The notes beneath the pieces were generated by a model that did not search any database, was not told where the DNA came from, and saw nothing but the letters and a program-made list of their open reading frames with translations. This document shows positions 8,120 through 16,204 of a stretch of DNA of 42,981 bases, piece by piece; position 1 is the stretch's first letter, and the number at the start of each line of letters is the position of its first letter. This DNA is from a virus. Location: positions 1 through 42,981 of IMG/VR virus record IMGVR_UViG_3300009537_000043, one strand, 5' to 3'. A program made the translations under genes and the position numbers.

Positions 8120-9646
8120 ATGACTCATTTAACACCTTTCATGATGCAATTGTTCGACGGGAACAAAGATGCATATGGAACATATCATTTTGGAGATTCA
8201 GTTAGGGCTGATGGTAAAGTGAAAGGTCATGGCATAACGCATAAGAGTCCTGTAACTCCCGCCCTATGGAAGAACCATTTAGATGGAACATCTCAATTAG
8301 GTATCGTTCCTATTACTTCAGATAGCACCGTTAAATTCGGAGCTATAGACATTGATGATTATACAGTAGATGTAGCAGCTATCATTCTGAAAATCATTGA
8401 GAACAATTTACCATTAGTGCCTTGTAGAAGTAAGTCCGGTGGACTTCATCTCTACATGTTTCTTTCAACACACATCCCTGCTATTCTGATGCAGGGAAAG
8501 TTAAAAGAGCTTTCAGCTTTTATTGGATATGGTAATGCTGAGATTTTCCCTAAGCAATCAAAATTACTTAAAGAACGTGGGGATGTTGGTCAATGGATTA
8601 ACATGCCGTATTTTGATGCAGGAAAGACAGATAGATACGCATACGGACTAGACGGAAAACCACTTGGGATAGATGACTTCATTAGGTATGCTCAAAAAAG
8701 AAGGGTCACACCAGACCAGCTTGCTGAGTTTAAAGTCGTTGTAGAAGAGCAACTACCAGAAGGTCCACCGTGTCTGCAACATCTTCTAACCACAGGATTT
8801 CCTGAAGGCACACGCAACAATGGATTGTTTAATCTAGGTGTCTATGCTCAGAAAAGCAATCCAGACAATTGGAAGACTATTATTGAAGGATATAATGAGA
8901 AATATCTATCACCACAACTTCCTCCCAAGGAAGTCCTTCTAGTCATCTCGTCACTAACCAAGAAAGAATACAACTACACATGCCAAAAGCAACCTATATG
9001 TAACTTTTGCAACGCTTCTCTTTGTAGGACAAAGAAATTCGGCGTAGGACTTTCTTCAGGTCTCCCTGTTATGGGGTCACTTACGAAGATAAATACAGAA
9101 CCTCCTAAATGGTTCATAGATGTAGATGGTGGTGGACGATTAGAACTAGAGACAGATGACTTGCAGAATCCAATAAGATTCCAAAAGAAGTGTATGGATA
9201 TTCTTAATATAATGCCACCTATTATTAAACGTGAACAATGGACGATAGTAATAGGTGAATTGCTTAAGAATGTTAATGTTATTGAAGTCCCCAAGGAAGC
9301 TACAACCACAGGTCAGTTAATGGTTCTGCTAGAAGAATTCTGCACAAGCAGGTCACAGGAAGAAAGTGCTGAAGAACTTCTAAGAGGAATGGTTTGGTTA
9401 GCTAATGGTGCGTATCATTTTAGATTGCAGGACTTCTTAAATTATCTAATACGTTCAAAATTCGAACTAACAACCAGAAATACGATAGCCAACATTTTTA
9501 GAGAAGCTAGAATACCAGATAAGAAAATCAACATAGGAAACGTCAATGGACGAGCGAGACACGTATCTGTTTATGTGTTGAGCAATATAGAAGCAGACAT
9601 AGAAAAATACAAACTACCAGAACAAAACGAAATAGACCACATATGA
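8120..9646 (+). CDS. Archaeo-eukaryotic-type primase / prim-pol
   Basis: AEP motifs GAIDIDDY (DxD) and SKSGGLHLYMF (sGxGxH). 508 aa, immediately upstream of a helicase. Confidence 0.75.
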   Translation: MTHLTPFMMQLFDGNKDAYGTYHFGDSVRADGKVKGHGITHKSPVTPALWKNHLDGTSQLGIVPITSDSTVKFGAIDIDDYTVDVAAIILKIIENNLPLVPCRSKSGGLHLYMFLSTHIPAILMQGKLKELSAFIGYGNAEIFPKQSKLLKERGDVGQWINMPYFDAGKTDRYAYGLDGKPLGIDDFIRYAQKRRVTPDQLAEFKVVVEEQLPEGPPCLQHLLTTGFPEGTRNNGLFNLGVYAQKSNPDNWKTIIEGYNEKYLSPQLPPKEVLLVISSLTKKEYNYTCQKQPICNFCNASLCRTKKFGVGLSSGLPVMGSLTKINTEPPKWFIDVDGGGRLELETDDLQNPIRFQKKCMDILNIMPPIIKREQWTIVIGELLKNVNVIEVPKEATTTGQLMVLLEEFCTSRSQEESAEELLRGMVWLANGAYHFRLQDFLNYLIRSKFELTTRNTIANIFREARIPDKKINIGNVNGRARHVSVYVLSNIEADIEKYKLPEQNEIDHI

Positions 9647-11148
9647 GAACTATAGTATTAGGACCACCAGGAACAGGGAAGACAACGAGACTACTAGACA
9701 TCGTTGACAGGGAGTTTACGAATGAGATTATGCCAAATGAAATATGCTATGTCTCATTTACCAAACGTGCAGCAGATGAAGCCAAGGAACGAGCCTCTAA
9801 GAAATTCAGAATTAAAGAAAAGAACTTACTCTATTTTAGAACTCTTCACAGTTTAGCCTTTCAACATTTATGTATATCACCTAGTCAGGTTATGGGTTGG
9901 AATGACTACATGAACTTGTGTAAGATGCTAAATCTAACTATCTCTTCTAAGAAGATTACAGATGAATGGGCCTATTCAGGAACAACCACCAAGGGTGATA
10001 GATTATTCTTTCTTGAGAATCTCTCCAGGACAACCAAGCTTCCACTTAGAAAAACTTGGGAAAGATTTATCAATGATGATATTGATTTCAAAGAACTGGA
10101 GCTAGTGGCAGAGACAATCAGGCAATATAAGGAAGTAAGATTCAAATTAGACTTCACAGACATGCTTCAACGTTTCGTGGACAATGGAACAAGTCCTAGA
10201 TTTAAGATGCTAATTGTTGATGAAGCTCAAGATTTAAGTAAGCTTCAATGGGACATGGTTGACATTCTTGAAAAGAGGTCTGATGAATCATGGATAGCTG
10301 GCGATGATGACCAAGCAATCTACACGTGGGCTGGTGCAGATGTAGAACACTTCATCTCTCTTGAGGGTCAACAGGAAGTATTGAACCACAGTTACAGACT
10401 ACCAGGAGGTGTGAAAACTCTTGCAGACAAGATAGCAGGGAGGGTTAAGAATCGTCTGAAGAAACCTTACAATGCTAAGAACAATGCTAACGGTGTAATT
10501 AGAATTAACGATTTCAATACTCTAAACATGAAAGAAGGAACATGGTTACTTCTTGCCAGAAATCTTTATGCACTGTCTGACTATGTGAAGTATTGTATCA
10601 GAAAAGGTTACTTGTTTGAATCAAAGATTAATCCTGACTTTAACCCTGAAACATGGGATGCTATTCGTTGGTGGGAAGCTCTACGTGCTGGTAAGAGTCT
10701 GCCAGCATCTTGCATTAGAGTCATCTATAACTACATGCAGATAAAAACTAGAGTAGTGTTTGGATGTAAGAAGAAACTGGAACTAATTCCTGAGCATGAG
10801 GAACTCGACCTACTCGCACTGATTCACAAATATGGTTGTCTAACTACTGATGCGTGGGAGTTTGCTTTGAACAAACTCTCTAGGACAGAAGTAAGTTATT
10901 ATCAAGCTGCAATCAGAAATGGAGAGAGCCTGGAAGAATCAGCACGTATTCGTATTAGCACAATCCACTCCATGAAGGGTGCTGAAGCAGATAACGTAGT
11001 GCTTGATTGTGATGTAGCTATTAAGACCTATAAAGAGTATGAGAAAAATCCAGACAGTGAACACAGAGTTTGGTATGTAGGTGTAACTAGAACCAAGACT
11101 AATCTCTATTTAATTAACCCCAAGACACAATACTTCTATAACATTTGA
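9643..11148 (+). CDS. UvrD/Rep-like superfamily 1 DNA helicase
   Basis: Walker A GPPGTGKTT, motif II LIVDEAQD, motif III GDDDQAIYTWAGAD, IV NHSYRLP, V TIHSMKGAEADNVVL, VI YVGVTRTK. Confidence 0.9.
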   Translation: MRTIVLGPPGTGKTTRLLDIVDREFTNEIMPNEICYVSFTKRAADEAKERASKKFRIKEKNLLYFRTLHSLAFQHLCISPSQVMGWNDYMNLCKMLNLTISSKKITDEWAYSGTTTKGDRLFFLENLSRTTKLPLRKTWERFINDDIDFKELELVAETIRQYKEVRFKLDFTDMLQRFVDNGTSPRFKMLIVDEAQDLSKLQWDMVDILEKRSDESWIAGDDDQAIYTWAGADVEHFISLEGQQEVLNHSYRLPGGVKTLADKIAGRVKNRLKKPYNAKNNANGVIRINDFNTLNMKEGTWLLLARNLYALSDYVKYCIRKGYLFESKINPDFNPETWDAIRWWEALRAGKSLPASCIRVIYNYMQIKTRVVFGCKKKLELIPEHEELDLLALIHKYGCLTTDAWEFALNKLSRTEVSYYQAAIRNGESLEESARIRISTIHSMKGAEADNVVLDCDVAIKTYKEYEKNPDSEHRVWYVGVTRTKTNLYLINPKTQYFYNI

Positions 11149-11169
11149 GATATGGCTACAAGTCACGAG

Positions 11170-11267
11170 AAAACAGGCCAAAACGGGCCACCGCAAACGG
11201 GCCAAAAAACCAAGATGATACGGGCGACGGGTCAAACCATAGGGCAAAATTTGGCCTAACTATAGCT
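11170..11267 (+). promoter_or_regulatory. Intergenic control region with four ACGGG(C/T)(C/G)A repeats plus motif copy A (CAAACCATAGGGCAAAATTTGGCCTAACTATAGC)
   Basis: Read directly: ggccaaaacgggcca, caaacgggccaaaaaacc, acgggcgacgggtca, then a block of about 30 nt shared with 25072 and 40137. It ends a few nt before the SNF2 ATG. Confidence 0.45.
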
Positions 11268-11272
11268 TACTT

Positions 11273-12730
11273 ATGTTAATCAATAAATACAAACTTCCAG
11301 CCTTTCAGGAAAAGATGAAAGGGTATAAACATCAAACAGAAGCACTAGAGAAATCGAAAGACTTATCTAGATTTGGACTGTTCATGGAACAGGGAACTGG
11401 CAAGAGCAAGGTGACTATAGACAACTTTATCTACTTATTTCTCAATCAGGAGATAGATGGAGTTCTAATTACAGCACCGAAAGCTTTCTACCTTAACTGG
11501 TTTGTGGACGAGTTACCTGCACACCTTCCAGACTGGCTACCAGTTCGTATTAAGTATTGGGATGCAGACTGGACTAACAAGGAGAAGAAAGATGCAGCTC
11601 AATTACTAACAGCTAAGGACGATGTGTTGGACATATTCCTGGTGAACATCGAGGCATTGGCCACGGATAGAGGGATGCAGTTCACTAAAGCGTTTGTGAG
11701 AAGTCATTACACCTTTATGGTGGTTGATGAATCTACTTGTATCAAGAATCATAAAGCTAAGAGAACTAAAGCTGCTATCGAGTTAGGTAGGTTATGTGAT
11801 TTCAGGAGAATCTTAACTGGAACACCAATGGCCAAAGGACCATTAGACATTTATGCACAGGCAGAGTTCTTAGAGAAAAACCTTTCGGGCCACTCTAGCT
11901 TCCTGTCATTCAAGAACTATTACGCTTCCTGGAGAAGAGTTGAGTTCGGTAACAGGTCATATGAGAAGATTGATGGATATAAGAATATACCTGAACTACA
12001 ACAGAAGATAGCAAGCTTCTCTTGCAGGGTTCTAAAATCAGAGTGTCTCGACCTTCCTGAAAAGACGTTTGTTAACAGATATATCGAACAGACGCCGGAA
12101 CAGAAATTGATATATACTGAACTAAAGGAAGAAGCGATAACCTTCTTGTCTAAAGAATCGGTGGTTTCTTCAACATCAGTTCTTACTACTATGATGAAGC
12201 TCCACCAGGTAAACTGTGGTCACGTTAAGAACGACGATGGTGTCATCTGTCACATACCAAGTAACAGGATTGCAGTCCTGATGGAAACTCTTGAAGTGAT
12301 TGATGATAAGGTTATTATCTGGGCACACTTCCAGGAGGATATAAGACTCATAACCGCGGCTCTCATTGCAGAGTATGGAGTTAATTCTGTAGTATCTTAT
12401 TATGGAGCTACATCTATTGACGACCGTAAGTTGAACCTTGAAAGATTTAAGAATGATAAATCATGTAAGTTCTTTGTAGCTAATGAGACAGGGAGTAAGA
12501 GTCTAACCTTAGTTCAATCTGCCTTGAGTATCTATTATTCATACAGCTATTCCCTTGAGACTTGGCTGCAGTCCCAGGACAGGAATCATCGAATTGGTCA
12601 ATCTAGAAACGTCCTCTACATTTCATTTATTATTCGTAAGACAGTTGATGAATGTATTATGAAGGCATTGAGAACTAAGAAGAACATAGCAGACCAAGTT
12701 CTTGATGACTGGAGAAGTAATCTACAATAA
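11273..12730 (+). CDS. SNF2-family helicase/ATPase
   Basis: Motif I EQGTGKSKV, II VVDESTCIKN, III LTGTPM, VI QSQDRNHRIGQ. Confidence 0.9.
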   Translation: MLINKYKLPAFQEKMKGYKHQTEALEKSKDLSRFGLFMEQGTGKSKVTIDNFIYLFLNQEIDGVLITAPKAFYLNWFVDELPAHLPDWLPVRIKYWDADWTNKEKKDAAQLLTAKDDVLDIFLVNIEALATDRGMQFTKAFVRSHYTFMVVDESTCIKNHKAKRTKAAIELGRLCDFRRILTGTPMAKGPLDIYAQAEFLEKNLSGHSSFLSFKNYYASWRRVEFGNRSYEKIDGYKNIPELQQKIASFSCRVLKSECLDLPEKTFVNRYIEQTPEQKLIYTELKEEAITFLSKESVVSSTSVLTTMMKLHQVNCGHVKNDDGVICHIPSNRIAVLMETLEVIDDKVIIWAHFQEDIRLITAALIAEYGVNSVVSYYGATSIDDRKLNLERFKNDKSCKFFVANETGSKSLTLVQSALSIYYSYSYSLETWLQSQDRNHRIGQSRNVLYISFIIRKTVDECIMKALRTKKNIADQVLDDWRSNLQ

Positions 12731-12735
12731 AGAAG

Positions 12736-12763
12736 CACCCCACTGGTGCGAGCCAGTGGGGTG
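12736..12763. terminator. Bidirectional hairpin between the convergent arms
   Basis: 11-bp stem caccccactgg / ccagtggggtg with a 6-nt loop, between the + gene ending at 12730 and the - gene ending at 12794. Confidence 0.6.
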
Positions 12764-12793
12764 TAAACGTCCCGTGTGAAGTAGTTGTTAGGG

Positions 12794-13381
12794 TTACTGT
12801 TTAGGAGGTACTGTATCACCTGTATATGAATTGATTACAGATGAAACTGTATTCAAGACTCCTGCTAGCTCTTGATGTTTAATTAGTGCATCCTTAATCT
12901 TAGAGTCCACTGCTTGCAACTCTGGTGTGGTTTGAAGAAGTTTTCGACCTTCTTCAATTCCAAGGATTACAGCTTTCAATGCTTGCTTATTTCGAATCAT
13001 TCTATAAATAGAATAAATAAGAGTAAGTAATCCTCCAGCAAACCCGGCAAAAGGAACTGGGAGTGAACCTGTAATAGCCAATCCACTTTCCACCATTGGT
13101 TTATTGACCAAGTTAGTGCTATACGATTCAGGGGTAATTACTATTTCAACAATAGGGGTAATTACCTGAGTAGTTTTCTCAGGAATGATTACACCTACCT
13201 CATTTGTGAACGAAGGAGTTACAATACTATTTGTAATCAACTTCGTATATGAGTTAGTAATTGCCGGTGTATAGGTTACGACATTGTCATAACCCTTGTC
13301 TAAGGTGTCACACCCTGTTACTAAGAAGAGGATGAACATTGCGATGAACATTGCGATGATAAATGTGATGTGTGTTTTCAT
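12794..13381 (-). CDS. Membrane lipoprotein with an additional internal TM helix (spanin-like topology, function unknown)
   Basis: N-terminus MKTHITFIIAMFIAMFILFLVTGC (lipobox V-T-G-C). A second hydrophobic helix is PVPFAGFAGGLLTLIYSIY. It is the last gene of the late arm. Confidence 0.6.
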   Translation of the reverse strand: MKTHITFIIAMFIAMFILFLVTGCDTLDKGYDNVVTYTPAITNSYTKLITNSIVTPSFTNEVGVIIPEKTTQVITPIVEIVITPESYSTNLVNKPMVESGLAITGSLPVPFAGFAGGLLTLIYSIYRMIRNKQALKAVILGIEEGRKLLQTTPELQAVDSKIKDALIKHQELAGVLNTVSSVINSYTGDTVPPKQ

Positions 13382-13417
13382 TGTGTTTGTGTTTGTGTTT
13401 GTGTTTGTGTTTGTGCT
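13382..13417 (-). repeat. Hexanucleotide microsatellite, (TGTGTT)5 plus a partial unit. On the coding strand it is (AACACA)n abutting the ATG of 12794..13381
   Basis: Read directly: tgtgtttgtgtttgtgtttgtgtttgtgtttgtgct. Confidence 0.9.
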
Positions 13418-13431
13418 GACTGTGTTATTAA

Positions 13432-15210
13432 TTATGGAGCTTTAATTAAGTTGGTGGTGAAAACTCCAGCAAGATTGTGAATACTCCATAAATGAGAATT
13501 ACTTACCCACAATGTAACACCATTTACTACAGGAGAAATAATCTTTGACCTATCTACATTTTGCATGTGTGATACTCCATACAAGTAAGAGTTTGTTGCA
13601 TGCAACCACCATGGAGAGGATGGAACTCCTAATCTAGGTGTGTCTAGTGTCCAATTTACTGCAGGGTCAACATAGTAAGTGAATTTACCGGAAGCATTAG
13701 AAGCAATCAAACCAGAAGTCCCAGGCCAATGAGTGGACATCAGATACACAGTTCCAGCATTGGCATAAAGTCTGCCATAATTAGCTTGGTCATCTCTATG
13801 GGCATAATTAAAACCAGATTGGCTTCCGGTGCTACTTAAAACAGTATTTCCAGACCCAACATAAAGATTAGCAAAATAATTATCTCCAGAAAATGTGTTA
13901 CCTCCAACAAGATTAGCTTTACCGGCAATGCTTTGCGCAGCAATAGAGAACAAAAATCGATGGTCTCCACAACCAAGCCAATCAGTGAATGCTGATGTAG
14001 CATAACGAATACCAAGTTTACCAAGATGTGCACCATCAGTCCAAATATTTTCTGCACTATAAGACATAGCAGCATACCATTTATTTGTAGGTAAGAACAA
14101 AGCATACTTATCAAAACACATTAGAGAATTTGTTTTACAAAAATCAATTAATGCTAATCTTGATGTAAGCATTCCTGCATCTGGTAAATTCGGAGAAGAA
14201 GCAATAAAGATACAGTCTCTATTAGTAAGATTGTCTCGTATCCAAGTTGCTGCATTCATTAATGAATTTACAGGGTCTTTAGCTTCAAAGAATAAAACTT
14301 GTGGATTGTAATTAGTAAGCCAAACATAAAAACCTGGATGAGTAACAATTTGCTCAAGTGTCCCACCAGGAATACACATCTGTCTAGAAAATACAACTGA
14401 GTTGGTATTATCACGTGAGTCTATCAGTGCTGCATCATCGAATACATTAGTTCCAGTAGATGTAATTCTCAGTGAATAGTTTGCCAATGGAGCAAGGGTG
14501 TAGTTTGTTGCCCTGAAAATAAATGAACCTTCTGCTGCATTTATTGTAGCTCTTGTTCCCCATCCTGCTCCAGCATTTGTTTCAACTAGTAATGTCCCAA
14601 ATGCTGAATCAGCGTGGTAATAAATAGAAACTTTATCAGCCAAGGGAGCTGTTTCATCAAATACTGAGGTAGAAACTTGTCCGTTTGCCATACCATAAAA
14701 TAGAGATGGTCCTGTTGCGGGATTAACTGTATGTCCACTCATGTAAAATTTTAAGCTACCTGAAGGTAATCCAATGGGATTTTCTGTGTATTGAGAACCC
14801 CATCCACCTCTAGCCATTTTTGCTTCAAAAGCTAGACGAACCCCACGTGTAGTCTCAACAGCACTTGCTACAGAATCTCCAACAATGGCAAACCTAACCT
14901 GTTTGTTACTAGCAACAGTTGACCATAAATTATACGCATCTAAACCTTTAACATGTTGACTTACTCCCTGAGACTCTACAATTGATAAGTCTGAAATTGG
15001 ATAGCTACCTTCAGCTAATCCAGCTTGAGTAACATCATTAACCCCAGGAATATTAATTAACCCTGAACCATCTCCAACAAAAATTCCATTGTTAATGATT
15101 TGACCATTTGCATCGAGTGTTGATTGAAGTTTACCATTTTTGATTGGAAAAGTCTGTGCACAAACTGTGACAGCCAATACAAGTGTGAATAATGTGAGTA
15201 GTTTTTTCAT
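13432..15210 (-). CDS. Fibre/spike-like protein with an SGNH (GDSL) esterase domain and a signal-peptide-like N-terminus
   Basis: N-terminus MKKLLTLFTLVLAVTVCAQ. Fibre-like FVGDGSGLINI. SGNH block I FAIVGDSVAS and block V WTDGAHLG (DxxH). Confidence 0.65.
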   Translation of the reverse strand: MKKLLTLFTLVLAVTVCAQTFPIKNGKLQSTLDANGQIINNGIFVGDGSGLINIPGVNDVTQAGLAEGSYPISDLSIVESQGVSQHVKGLDAYNLWSTVASNKQVRFAIVGDSVASAVETTRGVRLAFEAKMARGGWGSQYTENPIGLPSGSLKFYMSGHTVNPATGPSLFYGMANGQVSTSVFDETAPLADKVSIYYHADSAFGTLLVETNAGAGWGTRATINAAEGSFIFRATNYTLAPLANYSLRITSTGTNVFDDAALIDSRDNTNSVVFSRQMCIPGGTLEQIVTHPGFYVWLTNYNPQVLFFEAKDPVNSLMNAATWIRDNLTNRDCIFIASSPNLPDAGMLTSRLALIDFCKTNSLMCFDKYALFLPTNKWYAAMSYSAENIWTDGAHLGKLGIRYATSAFTDWLGCGDHRFLFSIAAQSIAGKANLVGGNTFSGDNYFANLYVGSGNTVLSSTGSQSGFNYAHRDDQANYGRLYANAGTVYLMSTHWPGTSGLIASNASGKFTYYVDPAVNWTLDTPRLGVPSSPWWLHATNSYLYGVSHMQNVDRSKIISPVVNGVTLWVSNSHLWSIHNLAGVFTTNLIKAP

Positions 15211-15214
15211 ATGT

Positions 15215-16201
15215 TTAATTTGTTACTGCGAGATAGTTAAGGAGACACCCTGTTGATTCAATATCACCAGACATTGAAAAATCAAATCCAGTTGTAGTGA
15301 TATTACTAACTACAACTGCTAACACCATTCCGTCTGTTGTAGAAACAGATGCAACAACTGTGGGTATGGAAGTCATGGGAGTATTAAATATAACACTACC
15401 TGCATTAGTTCCAATAGTAAGTTCTTTGTTTCCACCTTTCACTTTTGTGCCAGCATCATTAACGACAACATAAGACAAGATATAATTATCGTCTTCAGGT
15501 GCAGCAGAAAGATAGAAGTCAAAACCATTAACAGTGACACTTGAAACGATGACAGTTCCAAATATTACGAAGCCACCTGTTGGTGATTGAACTGTAAGAT
15601 TGATTGATTGAGGAACAATAGACAAGGTTTCTGGAAATGTTACACTTCCTGTGATTACATCATGAACCAAGTTTAATGAACCATGAACAATGGATACTTC
15701 ACTTAATGTGCCAACTTCTCGAAGTGTTATATCTCCATTGTTATCAAACCCAAGAATCTTTGACAGACGTTTTTCACGAATTGGAACGGCCATATTAACC
15801 GTAGTCAACTCAGATTCAGGAATCTTGGGAACACGATTAAGAGCCTCATACAATTGTTGAACAACCATTGTGAGTTTATCAATTGCCTTCTCATGAGTCT
15901 CAGCAGGGAAAGCATCATTAGCAACATAGTCCACTAATTGAGTTAGCGACATGTTACGAAGAATTGTAATACGGTCAACAGAGGAAGATGGTGGAGAAAC
16001 AAACACCACATTGCCCCCAGACTCTGAACCGACACCTGTGACAGAATAATGAGTGGTCAAAGTCTTTACTGTGTCAACACCATCCTCAGTAAAGATAACT
16101 TTGATATCTGTATTTAACAGAATAGGAAAATTGTATGCAAAGGTCGTTGACACACCGTTTGGTGTGTATTGAATTTTGGTTGCATTGGCTGATACACTCA
16201 T
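15215..16201 (-). CDS. Tail fibre protein (conserved podovirus fibre N-terminal domain)
   Basis: The N-terminal pattern IQYTPNGVSTTFAYNFPI...HYSVTG...ITILRN...LTQ..DY...F.AE..EKAIDKLTMVVQQL matches the recalled fibre-anchor domain. Its position follows the internal proteins. Confidence 0.6.
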   Translation of the reverse strand: MSVSANATKIQYTPNGVSTTFAYNFPILLNTDIKVIFTEDGVDTVKTLTTHYSVTGVGSESGGNVVFVSPPSSSVDRITILRNMSLTQLVDYVANDAFPAETHEKAIDKLTMVVQQLYEALNRVPKIPESELTTVNMAVPIREKRLSKILGFDNNGDITLREVGTLSEVSIVHGSLNLVHDVITGSVTFPETLSIVPQSINLTVQSPTGGFVIFGTVIVSSVTVNGFDFYLSAAPEDDNYILSYVVVNDAGTKVKGGNKELTIGTNAGSVIFNTPMTSIPTVVASVSTTDGMVLAVVVSNITTTGFDFSMSGDIESTGCLLNYLAVTN

Positions 16202-16204
16202 AAT

